24,890 nucleotides of DNA from Nitrososphaerota archaeon (GCA_022574415.1 JACZSC010000008.1:1-24890); one strand, 5' to 3'; counted from the stretch's first letter, positions 1 through 8,844 are shown. The notes: generated from the letters alone by a model not told the origin. Translations and numbers: made by a program.

Positions 1-104
1 TTTAGAATTACAGGAACAGATCACGAGGTCTGTACTGAATCTTGAAATCAACAATAAATTGCTTATACAATTTTCAAAAATTCAGATTTCAAAACAACTA
101 AAAA

Positions 105-1949
105 TTAAAAACCAAATAGAGTCCTGAATAATTCATAAAGTTCTCTAAAGAAGAAGAATCCTTTTTCAGGTAACTTTGTCTTACCATCAGTTTTTGCTCC
201 CTCAATATCAATTAGGTTAACATCCGCATTGGATAGGTCAGCCCCTGAAAAGTCAGCTCCTTTAAGTTCAGCTTTAAAGAGGTCTACACTTTCAAGGTTA
301 GCTCCTGAAAAGTCAGCTCCTTTAAGATTAGCATATGATAGGTCTGCACTTTGAAGGTTAGCGCCTTTCAAGTCAGCTCCTTTAAGATTAGCATATGATA
401 GGTCTGCACTTTCAAGGATAACGCCTTTCAAGTCAGCACCTTCTAGTTCGGCATATGAGAGATCCGCACCCTTGAGGTCAGCATTGGAAAGATTGATTCC
501 AGACAAATCCACTCCAGACAGGCCAATCCTTTTCATATTGGCATTAGAGAAATCAACCCCATTGAGGATTGCCCCATAGAGGTCAGCTCCAGAGAGATCT
601 GCTCCTGATAGATTAGAATTTGATATATCCGCACCACTGAAGATTGTTCCTGATAGATCAGCTCCAGAGAGGTCAGCATTTGATAAATCAGCATTTGAGA
701 GGTCTACATTTCTGAGATTTACTTCTGACAGATTAACTCCTGAGAGATTAGCCTCTGAAAGAACTGCATTTGAAAGGATAATTCCAGAGACGTGAGCTCC
801 TGAAAAGTCAGCTCCATTGAGATTTGCATTTGAAAAGTCTGTACCTTTTAGATTTGCATCCGAAAAGTTAGTTCCGGAGAGAATAGCACCAGAGAGGTTA
901 GCTTCTGATAGATTGGCAGCTTCAAACGTAGCTCCAGAGAGATTGGACTCTTTGAGATTTGCATTTGAAAGGTCTACCCCTTTGAGAACAGCTTCGGGGA
1001 GATTAACTCCTGAGAGATTTACTCCTTTGAGGTCAACACCTGAAAGATCTACTCCCCTGAGAATGACTCCTGAAAGATCAGCGTTTGTAAGATCAGTACC
1101 ATTTAGAATAGCTCCAGAAAGGTCGGTTCCTTTGAGGCTGGCTCCTGATAAATCAGCATTTATGAGGATTGTATTTTTGAAAACAGCTCCGGAGAAATCA
1201 ACCCCTGAGAGGTTTGCCTCAGTGAAGTCAGTACCTGTAAAGTCTGTAGCATTAAGAATGACCCCTGATAGATTAGCCTTTGAGAGGTTGCTTTCTCTGA
1301 CAATAGCTTTTGAGAGGTCAGCACCATTGAGGTTGGCTCCTGAGAGGTCTGATCCTGAGAGGGCAGCTCCCGTGAAGTTAGCTCCTGAGAGATTTGCATC
1401 TTTAAGTTTGTTATTTTGAAGATTAATTCCTGAAAAGTCAGCTCCTGAGAGGTTGGCTCCAGAGAAGTCAACATTTAGGAAACCAGCACCTTTTATGATG
1501 GCTCCTGAGAGGTCGGCACCTGAGAAGTTTGATCCTTCAGCATTCAAATTTGAGATATTTATGCCTTTGAGAATAGCATCTGAAAAGTCAGTTCCCAAGG
1601 TGGCGACCTCTTCGATCTTAGCATTTGAGAGGTCTGCACCCCTGAGGTTAGCACCTGAAAGTATACCTTGGAAGAAGTCAACCCTTGAGAGGTTGGCCCC
1701 TGAAAGAATAGCGTTTGAGAAATCTATACGTGTGAGAATATCTCCAGAGAAGTTAGCGCCCGAAAGATCCGCTCTCGTGAGGTTCACTTGAAAGAGTTCT
1801 TGACCAGTGAGATCACAAGTACTCAAGTTAACAAATGGTGCAAAAGGTTGTTCACAATGAAAATGTGCATTTGTGCCTTGGGAACTAAAAAGGGTCATAC
1901 CTAGCATGAATACTAAAAATAAAATCAAGAAATTTGAAAGTTTAATCAA
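105..1949 (-). CDS. Pentapeptide-repeat protein with N-terminal signal/anchor helix
   Basis: 614-aa ORF. The hydrophobic N-terminus is MIKLSNFLILFLVFMLGMTLF. The rest is roughly 100 tandem A(N/D)LSG-type pentapeptides (ANLSGADLSGA...), seen in the DNA as 15-nt periodicity. Confidence 0.9.
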   Translation of the reverse strand: MIKLSNFLILFLVFMLGMTLFSSQGTNAHFHCEQPFAPFVNLSTCDLTGQELFQVNLTRADLSGANFSGDILTRIDFSNAILSGANLSRVDFFQGILSGANLRGADLSNAKIEEVATLGTDFSDAILKGINISNLNAEGSNFSGADLSGAIIKGAGFLNVDFSGANLSGADFSGINLQNNKLKDANLSGANFTGAALSGSDLSGANLNGADLSKAIVRESNLSKANLSGVILNATDFTGTDFTEANLSGVDFSGAVFKNTILINADLSGASLKGTDLSGAILNGTDLTNADLSGVILRGVDLSGVDLKGVNLSGVNLPEAVLKGVDLSNANLKESNLSGATFEAANLSEANLSGAILSGTNFSDANLKGTDFSNANLNGADFSGAHVSGIILSNAVLSEANLSGVNLSEVNLRNVDLSNADLSNADLSGADLSGTIFSGADISNSNLSGADLSGADLYGAILNGVDFSNANMKRIGLSGVDLSGINLSNADLKGADLSYAELEGADLKGVILESADLSYANLKGADLKGANLQSADLSYANLKGADFSGANLESVDLFKAELKGADFSGADLSNADVNLIDIEGAKTDGKTKLPEKGFFFFRELYELFRTLFGF

Positions 1950-1985
1950 TTAAAGATGAACCTCCAAGATTAAAATTTAATTTGA

Positions 1986-4754
1986 TCACGCATCTGCCAT
2001 CGTAATTATTCCATTAGTAATTAACCACTGTATCCCTGAAACAAAGTCAGTATCAGTGATCACTCCTTGGGACCACCATCCAGCATTGTTTTTTATCCAA
2101 GAGGGAATCCCATTAGTCATCTCAGAGGTAGAATCTAGCGTTGATGGAGGGACTCTCATTATTCCTTCGTTTATCAAAAACTGAATTCCTAAGACAAAAT
2201 CAGAATCTCCGATTTGATCTTTTGACCACCAACCGGCATTATTCTTAATCCAACTTGGTATTGATATGCCTCCGGAGTGAAGGTCAATTTCTCCTACTGG
2301 AACTATTTTCAAACCTTGGGTTTGAATTCTATCTATAAGAAATTCAAGCTCACGGATTTTTTGTTCATCCACCCGATTCACGTAATTACCATTCTCTATT
2401 ACTGAAAATGCTGGGGGTTCTAGAGTGATCACTGTGAAGCCATACTGGTCTAGAATTTTTTGTACCTCTGAAAACGTTTCCTCATAAGGAATTAGCTCAA
2501 TAACTCCAGATTCCGGATTAAATTTACTGGTTACAGCTCCACTTGGGAAATGATATAATTCCAAATTGCTGAGTTGATATGGAGGAGGATCTTTTTGAAT
2601 GGTCGAGCTAATGTGACTAATATTATTTTCATGCAGAGCTAAAATGGTTGCGTCGTTAAAATTTTCGTAAGGTGGAATAAATACTACTGGCGCCGTTCCT
2701 AAAACACTCGATATTTGATCATTGCTTTGTTTTATGAGGGAGCTTTGTTCTTCCGATGTCAAATCAGTAAAATCTTCATACTCAAATCCGTTGTTTGCGA
2801 TTTCAATCAACTGCCCATTTTTTTCTAACGTGTTTTTTATGTAATCGACGAGTTTTATATCATTGCCAAACAAATTCCCTACGATGCCGGTTGTGATGGG
2901 GGAGTCTTTTCGTACGAACATATCAATTATCTCAATCTGAACATTATTTAAAAAATAATCTTGGACGGGAGCAAATCTAAATGCCACACAATCACAACTT
3001 TGAGGTGTAACCTGAGAGACTCCTGGTTTCTTAACCACATCTTGTTCGCTGACCACTCTGGCCTCTTCATTAATTTCGCTTATGGTAACTAATTTTATTC
3101 CTTCATCTCTTAATTCGTCAATTAGCTTCCCAACCTTACCAATCATTTGTCTGTCTGTCTCACCAGTGTAGACTCCCAATTCAGTAGTTGCAAACTCGTA
3201 GGGATGCATCATAACTACTGCAAAGCCGTATTTCTTTAGAAAATCACGAATTTCCTCAAATATTACCACACGATCCTGAACTTCCCAAGTAACTCCATCG
3301 GGCATCAGTTTAGCCGTTTGAGTATTTGCAGGAAAATAGTAAAGCTCCAAATTTTCAAGAGGATATGGTGGAGAGTGAGTTTCCTCTATGTGAGCAGTAA
3401 CATGTGTGAAACCCAACTCAGGCAAAAGAGCTAATATGTCATCATTAATCGCGTTTAGTGGTGCAACGAATGTTTTGGGGGTTACTCCTAGAACTTCAAG
3501 TAATTTTTCATTTGTTTTTAAAAGAAGGGTTTTCTGATCATTCTTATCAAAATTAGTTAAGGGTTTATTGTTATAACTGTGACTTGCAATTTCAAGCGTT
3601 GGATTCTTATTTACAATTACTCTTTGGAGAAAACTAACTAGATGTGGATCCTCTCCAAAGAAGCCACCAATTATTCCAATTGTAAGATCCGCTTTTTTTT
3701 GCTGGAATAATTCCATGAGATCTACTGCTGCAACTCTAAGATACCAATCTTGAATATCGTCTAATCTAAATGCCACACAGTTACAGGTGCTTTGAGCACT
3801 TTGAGCTAAAACACCCTTTTTAAAAATTGAAATGAATCTCTCTTCCCCTGTAATAGCTGTATCCATGCTAGTCCAGATTTGAGATTCTTGGTTAGGATCA
3901 TCAGTACTCTTAATCACCTGAATTGAATACTTTCCAACCTTGAAGTTTGAAAAGAATGCGTTGCCATGGGTGTTAACTGGGGATTGAGCAACTTTGTTGT
4001 TTTCTGCGTCGTACAATTCTACCATGAAACTTCCATCAGATTTACCTACTTTTTGCGAAACATCCTTGTAAACTGAGATAGTTATGAGATCATCTATTAT
4101 CTTCGGCCACGGTGTTTTTATCTTAATATCTCCTTGAGTTGCTGGATGAAAAATAACTGGAGAGTATACATAAATCAAGTCTTCGTCCACTGAAACTTCG
4201 ACTATGTAAAAGTCGTCTTCGACTAAACTGTTTGACTGTAACCAAAATCTCGTGGTTTCGCCATCACTATCAGTGGTCGCTTGGCCCCATTGATGACCGT
4301 CATCTGATTTTATAGATATTATTGCACCTTCTATCGGTGTTTCATTATCATTGTATAATGCTATAAACCGATATCCTCCAGAAAGTGGAATGATTACTTT
4401 TAGTTTAGCTTCACTTTCTTCTAAATTAAGAAAACTTGACTCGGCAAACATGTTGTTCACATAAACCTTTACCGAGTATTTGTGACCCAATGGAAGTGAT
4501 TCAATCGAGAAAGGATTTGTTTTGGGGTTCTTGATTGTGACATAGGGAATATCTTCATCATCCTGTAATACTCTAATGGTCGTTTGCCAGGTGTTAAGCC
4601 TGTCTCCATTTGTGTACTCAATTTCTACCTTAATCGAACCCATTTCTTCTGCAAAGGATAGGGTTGAACCCGTAATGGCAAAGAAAAAAACTAACAGCGG
4701 TGCTAGCAAAAATTTGGACCTCATCAGTTTGAAATTATTTTTTCTAACTTTCAT
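1986..4754 (-). CDS. Large secreted multidomain protein: N-terminal beta-rich modules, two polysaccharide-deacetylase-like (NodB-like) modules, duplicated C-terminal WIKNNAGWW motif
   Basis: 922-aa ORF with a signal-like N-terminus (LLAPLLVFFFAITGSTLSFA). Two paralogous modules begin CNCVAFRLDDIQD... and CDCVAFRFAPVQD..., resembling the (T/A)FxxDD start of NodB-fold deacetylases. Two C-terminal copies of IPSWIKNNAGWWS...DFV.GIQ.LI..GI are present. The stop-proximal end overlaps the upstream GT2 gene by 11 nt. The deacetylase assignment is only motif-level. Confidence 0.7.
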   Translation of the reverse strand: MKVRKNNFKLMRSKFLLAPLLVFFFAITGSTLSFAEEMGSIKVEIEYTNGDRLNTWQTTIRVLQDDEDIPYVTIKNPKTNPFSIESLPLGHKYSVKVYVNNMFAESSFLNLEESEAKLKVIIPLSGGYRFIALYNDNETPIEGAIISIKSDDGHQWGQATTDSDGETTRFWLQSNSLVEDDFYIVEVSVDEDLIYVYSPVIFHPATQGDIKIKTPWPKIIDDLITISVYKDVSQKVGKSDGSFMVELYDAENNKVAQSPVNTHGNAFFSNFKVGKYSIQVIKSTDDPNQESQIWTSMDTAITGEERFISIFKKGVLAQSAQSTCNCVAFRLDDIQDWYLRVAAVDLMELFQQKKADLTIGIIGGFFGEDPHLVSFLQRVIVNKNPTLEIASHSYNNKPLTNFDKNDQKTLLLKTNEKLLEVLGVTPKTFVAPLNAINDDILALLPELGFTHVTAHIEETHSPPYPLENLELYYFPANTQTAKLMPDGVTWEVQDRVVIFEEIRDFLKKYGFAVVMMHPYEFATTELGVYTGETDRQMIGKVGKLIDELRDEGIKLVTISEINEEARVVSEQDVVKKPGVSQVTPQSCDCVAFRFAPVQDYFLNNVQIEIIDMFVRKDSPITTGIVGNLFGNDIKLVDYIKNTLEKNGQLIEIANNGFEYEDFTDLTSEEQSSLIKQSNDQISSVLGTAPVVFIPPYENFNDATILALHENNISHISSTIQKDPPPYQLSNLELYHFPSGAVTSKFNPESGVIELIPYEETFSEVQKILDQYGFTVITLEPPAFSVIENGNYVNRVDEQKIRELEFLIDRIQTQGLKIVPVGEIDLHSGGISIPSWIKNNAGWWSKDQIGDSDFVLGIQFLINEGIMRVPPSTLDSTSEMTNGIPSWIKNNAGWWSQGVITDTDFVSGIQWLITNGIITMADA

Positions 4755-6714
4755 TCAAACCAATCCTTTTTGCACTTGTCCAACGAGCCTTTTTGCCAAA
4801 AAGTTGTTCTAGTGCCTGCCTCAATAGAATAAAATCAAGTATTTGCTTAAATCCGAAAACGAAAAAGACCGAGAATAGTATCAACTTGGGGTCATCTCCG
4901 TCTATTCTCACAGCTAAACTGGTCAGTAGGTATTGAAGGATAATAAAGAACCCGAAGGAGCCTATGACAAACATATAGTCGCCCTGAATTACTGCTAAAA
5001 TCGCGGAACCGAGAATAAAAAAACCAACTATTGGTAAAATTATCATTGAAAGCACCATATACGGAAATGCAAGTCTCTGTAAAAATCCAAAACGTGGATT
5101 TGTAAGTGCATTACGATGTTTTACTACAACTTGAAGATTGCCTCTGTACCAACGTTTCCTTTGCTTGTAGAAATCAATAAGGGCTTTTGGCGCTTCTGTA
5201 TATGCTATTGCTTTGGTGGTTCCTCTTACCACCATCCCAGACTTTAGAATTTTAACTGTTGTATCAAAATCCTCTACAACTGTTTCCTTATCATACCCAC
5301 CAGCTTCCTGAATCACAGATTTTTTAAATGATCCTAAGGCTCCTGGAACAATTGTAATGGCACCAAACATATCAAAAGCTCGTCTGGCAATCTGTAATCC
5401 AGCAACATATTCAAGAGCCTGACACCAAGTAAGCCAATTTACTCTATTTCTTACCTTAATGTTGCCTGCTACCGCAGAAACATTTTCATCATCTTCAAAC
5501 ACTTTAGCAGTTTCTTTTAATGCGGTCTTGCCAATTATGGTGTCTGCATCTAGTACAGCTATGATTTCTCCATTTGCAAAGCTTATGCCATAATTGAGTG
5601 CAGTTGCCTTACCACCGTTTTCTTTATGCAAAACTTTCACACCATCTCGCTCATATCTATTAGCAATCTGTAATGTCTTGTCTTTACTTCCATCGTCCAC
5701 AACGATTATTTCTTTTTTTGTATAATCAGCTTCCAGTACACTTTCTATAGTATTTGCGATTACTTTTTCTTCGTTGTATGCTGGAATAATTACAGTAATG
5801 GTTGGGTAATGAGGCGGATATCGTATTTGCTCTTCTTTGTATTTACTATACAATGACAAGGGAACCATTAACATAACGCTCCAAAAGGTAATTGTAAATC
5901 CCCATAAAATTACTGCTCTATATCCAGAATTCCATAGCGTATATCCTTCATAAGCAAGTACTCCACCAAAAACAAAAGGTAGAACTAGTAGAAGTATAGG
6001 GAAAATACCTGGTAAGTGTTTCTTACGTCTAAATTTTGATTTTGACCACCGTCTTGCATCCAACAGCTGATAAATTACCAAAAATCCGCCAATTATCATT
6101 GCGCCTGTACTAAAACCTGCGACCAAAGCGTATGGTGCCAAGATAAGAAAAGCGAATATCACGCAAGAAATAAGAATCAAAACAGGATCAAGTTTAACTT
6201 TTGGAAGAACCTCTTCTTCTAAATCTGAAACTTGTTTTGTTCCAACTTTTTGAACCTTTTTCTTTTTAGTTACTTCCGGTTTTGGTTCTAACTCTACTAC
6301 TATATCTGACTGTTTTAGAATTGGCTTTTCTTGAACAGTTGATCTGTAACATTCTGCATGATACCATTTTTTCTCATGTCTGATAGTTCGATCATGAAAT
6401 TCTAATTCTTTTTTACAATGGCCGCACCTCGGAATTGTTTCAGATTTTTCCTCTGGTTCTACAACTTTAGAAGACTGTTTTGAAATTGTTTTTACTATTA
6501 TGGCTTTAGTAATTTTTTCTACTGGTTTTACTGTAGTTGCTCTTACTACAGATTCCTTTTTTGAATATGTATTTTCGATTACAGTTTTTTCTCGGATAGT
6601 TGATCTGTAGCATTCCACATGATACCACTTTTTCTCATGCCTGATAGTTCTATCATGAAATTCTAATTCTTTTTTACAAATCTCACATTTTTGAATTAAA
6701 TTCGTATTTTTCAA
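4744..6714 (-). CDS. Processive family-2 glycosyltransferase (PgaC/IcaA/NodC-like polysaccharide synthase) with N-terminal tandem zinc-ribbon modules
   Basis: 656-aa ORF. GT2 signatures are VIIPAYNEE, VVDDGSKDKT, LDADT and the processive-synthase motif QRKRWYRG. Several hydrophobic helices flank the catalytic domain. The N-terminus carries two CxxC...HxEC modules. Confidence 0.88.
   Translation of the reverse strand: MKNTNLIQKCEICKKELEFHDRTIRHEKKWYHVECYRSTIREKTVIENTYSKKESVVRATTVKPVEKITKAIIVKTISKQSSKVVEPEEKSETIPRCGHCKKELEFHDRTIRHEKKWYHAECYRSTVQEKPILKQSDIVVELEPKPEVTKKKKVQKVGTKQVSDLEEEVLPKVKLDPVLILISCVIFAFLILAPYALVAGFSTGAMIIGGFLVIYQLLDARRWSKSKFRRKKHLPGIFPILLLVLPFVFGGVLAYEGYTLWNSGYRAVILWGFTITFWSVMLMVPLSLYSKYKEEQIRYPPHYPTITVIIPAYNEEKVIANTIESVLEADYTKKEIIVVDDGSKDKTLQIANRYERDGVKVLHKENGGKATALNYGISFANGEIIAVLDADTIIGKTALKETAKVFEDDENVSAVAGNIKVRNRVNWLTWCQALEYVAGLQIARRAFDMFGAITIVPGALGSFKKSVIQEAGGYDKETVVEDFDTTVKILKSGMVVRGTTKAIAYTEAPKALIDFYKQRKRWYRGNLQVVVKHRNALTNPRFGFLQRLAFPYMVLSMIILPIVGFFILGSAILAVIQGDYMFVIGSFGFFIILQYLLTSLAVRIDGDDPKLILFSVFFVFGFKQILDFILLRQALEQLFGKKARWTSAKRIGLNES
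6325..6687 (-). repeat. Intragenic duplication: two 102-nt copies (6325-6426 and 6586-6687) encoding the zinc-ribbon module C(G/E)(H/I)CKKELEFHDRTIRHEKKWYH(A/V)ECYRST(V/I)(Q/R)EK
   Basis: The two 34-aa stretches are near-identical and 261 nt apart. Similarity is also obvious at nucleotide level (gaaattctaattcttttttaca...). Confidence 0.9.
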
Positions 6715-6810
6715 TAACTAACGCATCCTGTTCGTGGAATTTAAAAAATTCAAGATAATAATTTGTTAGAAGTAATGAAGCTAATTAACAGATACAATCA
6801 TTTTTAGTTA

Positions 6811-7158
6811 TTAACTCAATTTCCTCAAATTCACATCAAGTTTTTCACCGACTTGAGGTCGACCCATCCTTTCATACCTGTTTTTTGGCATAGTGATGGT
6901 GATGGTAGTCTGTTGGTAGCTCTTGATTTTGATTGTTGGCTGTGCCTGCAGGATTGCGTCAAGTAGAGGAAATACCTGCTTTTTTGTCTCATCATCTAGT
7001 TTTTTTGATACTGATTCCATGATCAGCTGCTTTTGTGAAATGGGCTCGGTTTGAACATTTTCCACAAGTGATATTTGTACTACTTGTCCATTGTCAACAA
7101 TTTGTGCAATTCTATATTCAGTAACTTCTGCCACATGAGGAATCCAAACGAATTCCAT
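6811..7158 (-). CDS. Hypothetical protein (115 aa)
   Basis: Clean ORF with no competing frame. No motif recognised. Confidence 0.55.
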   Translation of the reverse strand: MEFVWIPHVAEVTEYRIAQIVDNGQVVQISLVENVQTEPISQKQLIMESVSKKLDDETKKQVFPLLDAILQAQPTIKIKSYQQTTITITMPKNRYERMGRPQVGEKLDVNLRKLS

Positions 7159-7289
7159 TTATCTCTAACTAGAAGTATGATTAGTCTTCTGTTACTCGAT
7201 GATTTTTAGATTACGGGAACGAATTTTCATCTAATCTAATTTGTTCATACTCATTCCAGCCATTTTTAGACAAAAAAGGCTCGTTGGCA

Positions 7290-7304
7290 GTTCGTATCGA
7301 ATGT
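7290..7304 (+). repeat. GTTCGTATCAAATGT-family motif copy (GTTCGTATCGAATGT)
   Basis: One mismatch to the consensus. Intergenic, upstream of the left Fic-flanking direct repeat. Confidence 0.8.
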
Positions 7305-7312
7305 GAGCGGTT

Positions 7313-7350
7313 CTATTGAGACTCCGACCAGTTTTGGTATTATTTTAGAC
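7313..7350 (+). repeat. Left copy of ~38-bp direct repeat flanking the Fic gene
   Basis: CTATTGAGACTCCGACCAGTTTTGGTATTATTTTAGAC versus CCATTGAGACCTGCACCATTTATGGGATTATTTTAGAC at 8376-8413. About 30 of 38 positions are identical by eye. Confidence 0.75.
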
Positions 7351-7357
7351 TCAAAAA

Positions 7358-8242
7358 TCAAAGATATCTTCTGTATTCCTTGATGTATCTTTTTATGAGC
7401 CATTGAAGGAATATTCTTTCCTCGTTTTTCACCTGTGATCTTTCCAAGGCATTATAGTAGCTATTTCTTCCCTCATATGGAATATCAAGCATTGGATAGT
7501 TTTTCCTGTTAAGGATAAAGTTCATGACAAGCCTGGTAATCCTGCCATTTCCATCACCGAATGGATGTATTGTAACAAATTTCAGATGTGCCAGTGCAGC
7601 AAGCTCAACTGGATGAATCTTATTCTTGCTTTTGTGGTACCATTTGAAAAAATCTGTCATCATAGGGTATACCTTTACGGGTGAAGGAGGCATGAACTTG
7701 CTACCGCTAATTGCTACTTGGTATTTTCTTATCTTTCCAGAGATGTCGGGTTTTGTCAGATGGAAAAGCTCCCAGTGCCAGTCCAGTATTTCCTGCAATG
7801 ACAAGTCTTTTTTCTGTTTTAGAATTTTATAGAACAGATCCCTGTGGGCCTCGGCTTCTTGTACATCTCTCATTGGTTTGCCTTTTGGTGCAATGCCCCT
7901 TTCCAGAAGATCTGCTGTTTCTCTTCTGGTGAGTGTTGATCCTTCTATCCTTTGGGTATCGTATGTAAATCTGGTGGCAAAATTTTGCAGCTCTTTTTCT
8001 TTGATAGATTTTGGTGCTGCCCTTTGCTCTTTGTAAAAGTGCTTTTTGATTGTATCAATATCATCGTACCATTTTTCTTTGTAGATATCATCAAGAAATT
8101 TTTTCTTGATCTTGATGATGTTTTTTGGGATTTTCGTGCCAAGGTAGAGCTCCTTTTTCTGTACCTTTTTGCCGTCCCTCGTGCTATGTTCTAAATAGTA
8201 GTAGATCTTTTTCTTGAGTATCTTCTTTTTTATGGTAACCAT
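7358..8242 (-). CDS. fic: Fic/DOC-family protein (AMPylase-type)
   Basis: 294-aa ORF containing the canonical Fic active-site motif HPFGDGNGRITR (HxFx[D/E]GNGRxxR). Confidence 0.9.
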   Translation of the reverse strand: MVTIKKKILKKKIYYYLEHSTRDGKKVQKKELYLGTKIPKNIIKIKKKFLDDIYKEKWYDDIDTIKKHFYKEQRAAPKSIKEKELQNFATRFTYDTQRIEGSTLTRRETADLLERGIAPKGKPMRDVQEAEAHRDLFYKILKQKKDLSLQEILDWHWELFHLTKPDISGKIRKYQVAISGSKFMPPSPVKVYPMMTDFFKWYHKSKNKIHPVELAALAHLKFVTIHPFGDGNGRITRLVMNFILNRKNYPMLDIPYEGRNSYYNALERSQVKNEERIFLQWLIKRYIKEYRRYL

Positions 8243-8300
8243 AATATTGGTTACCCCTACATATTTATATAATTTTCATTTTTACTGAAAATGTAGGGGT
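8243..8300 (-). promoter_or_regulatory. Putative Fic promoter: TATA-like box embraced by inverted repeats
   Basis: ATATTTATATAA (8261-8272) lies about 20-30 nt upstream of the ATG at 8242 on the minus strand. The 10-bp inverted repeat ACCCCTACAT (8253-8262) / ATGTAGGGGT (8291-8300) flanks it. A second palindrome, GGTAACC-N8-GGTTACC (8234-8255), covers the start codon. Confidence 0.4.
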
Positions 8301-8375
8301 AAGAATCCGCCAGGATTTAGTTCTACTCCCTAACAGTCATATTCCCTGTATAGGAATTGAACTAAATGGTTGAAT

Positions 8376-8413
8376 CCATTGAGACCTGCACCATTTATGG
8401 GATTATTTTAGAC
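8376..8413 (+). repeat. Right copy of ~38-bp direct repeat flanking the Fic gene
   Basis: See 7313-7350. Confidence 0.75.
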
Positions 8414-8422
8414 CCGTTAACG

Positions 8423-8464
8423 GTTCGTATCAAATGTAATTCAGGTCTAAACGAATTTATCGAT
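8423..8464 (+). repeat. 42-bp flank sequence 'X' (starts with the GTTCGTATCAAATGT motif), identical copy at 23043-23084
   Basis: GTTCGTATCAAATGTAATTCAGGTCTAAACGAATTTATCGAT is 42/42 identical at both loci. Here it abuts the casposon left end. Confidence 0.95.
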
Positions 8465-8465
8465 T

Positions 8466-8518
8466 ATCGATAAAAAGGCAATCCCCCCCTCTCACGAAGA
8501 AAAATGTGACGGGTAATC
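8466..8518 (+). repeat. Casposon left terminal inverted repeat (TIR-A, left)
   Basis: ATCGATAAAAAGGCAATCCCCCCCTCTCACGAAGAAAAATGTGACGGGTAATC. Its exact reverse complement is at 16908-16960. It contains a C7 run that stands out in AT-rich DNA. Confidence 0.95.
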
Positions 8519-8574
8519 TTCGTAACCTTTTTAGCTGAAATGTGCGTAAACCATGGTAGACCGAGGTAAACAAA

Positions 8575-8844
8575 ATGCCAACAATATCAGCAAAACTGTC
8601 AAAGAAAGAACATGATGCAATTGTTGAATATGCAAATGCTTGTGGAGAAACAGTATCTAATCTTGTAAGAAAGGTAATGTTGACTGAGGCTACCTTCATG
8701 AATGGTTATCATGATTCTATGGATTATCACTATGAGATCACAGTTCCTGATAATGTTTCAGGTGAAGAGGAAGATAGAATTGTTTTAGGTGCCTACAATA
8801 AAATTAGAAGAATTTTAGGTTTGAAAGAGCAAGATGAGATTTAA
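8575..8844 (+). CDS. Small ribbon-helix-helix (CopG/MetJ-like) DNA-binding protein
   Basis: 89-aa ORF. The N-terminus MPTISAKLSKKEHDAIVEYANACGETVSNLVRKVM fits a beta-strand/helix/helix RHH pattern. It is the first gene inside the left TIR. Confidence 0.5.
   Translation: MPTISAKLSKKEHDAIVEYANACGETVSNLVRKVMLTEATFMNGYHDSMDYHYEITVPDNVSGEEEDRIVLGAYNKIRRILGLKEQDEI

Noticed and set aside
817-1791. Track ORFs 817..1419 (+), 1160..1474 (-) and 1453..1791 (+) inside the pentapeptide-repeat gene
   Set aside because: They are repetitive shadow frames (e.g. APERS/TSQEL periodicity) produced by the 15-nt repeat. The 614-aa frame has a signal peptide and a canonical repeat consensus.
4576-4812. 78-aa plus-strand ORF across the deacetylase/GT2 junction
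   Set aside because: It is antisense to two strongly supported overlapping genes and has low-complexity composition.
7626-8194. Four short ORFs (7626..7832+, 7711..7932+, 7945..8142-, 7952..8194+) within the Fic locus
   Set aside because: All overlap the 294-aa Fic frame, which carries the diagnostic HPFxDGNGR motif. None has a motif of its own.
8416-8445. GGTTCGTATC resembles a tRNA T-arm (GGTTCGAATC), suggesting a tRNA gene or tRNA-derived att site
   Set aside because: No complementary T-stem, acceptor stem or anticodon arm can be folded around any copy. No cloverleaf was found anywhere in the window.
8457-8699. 80-aa minus-strand ORF spanning the left TIR
   Set aside because: It reads through the TIR and runs antisense to the RHH gene. 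Half of it is encoded by the terminal repeat, so it is most likely spurious.
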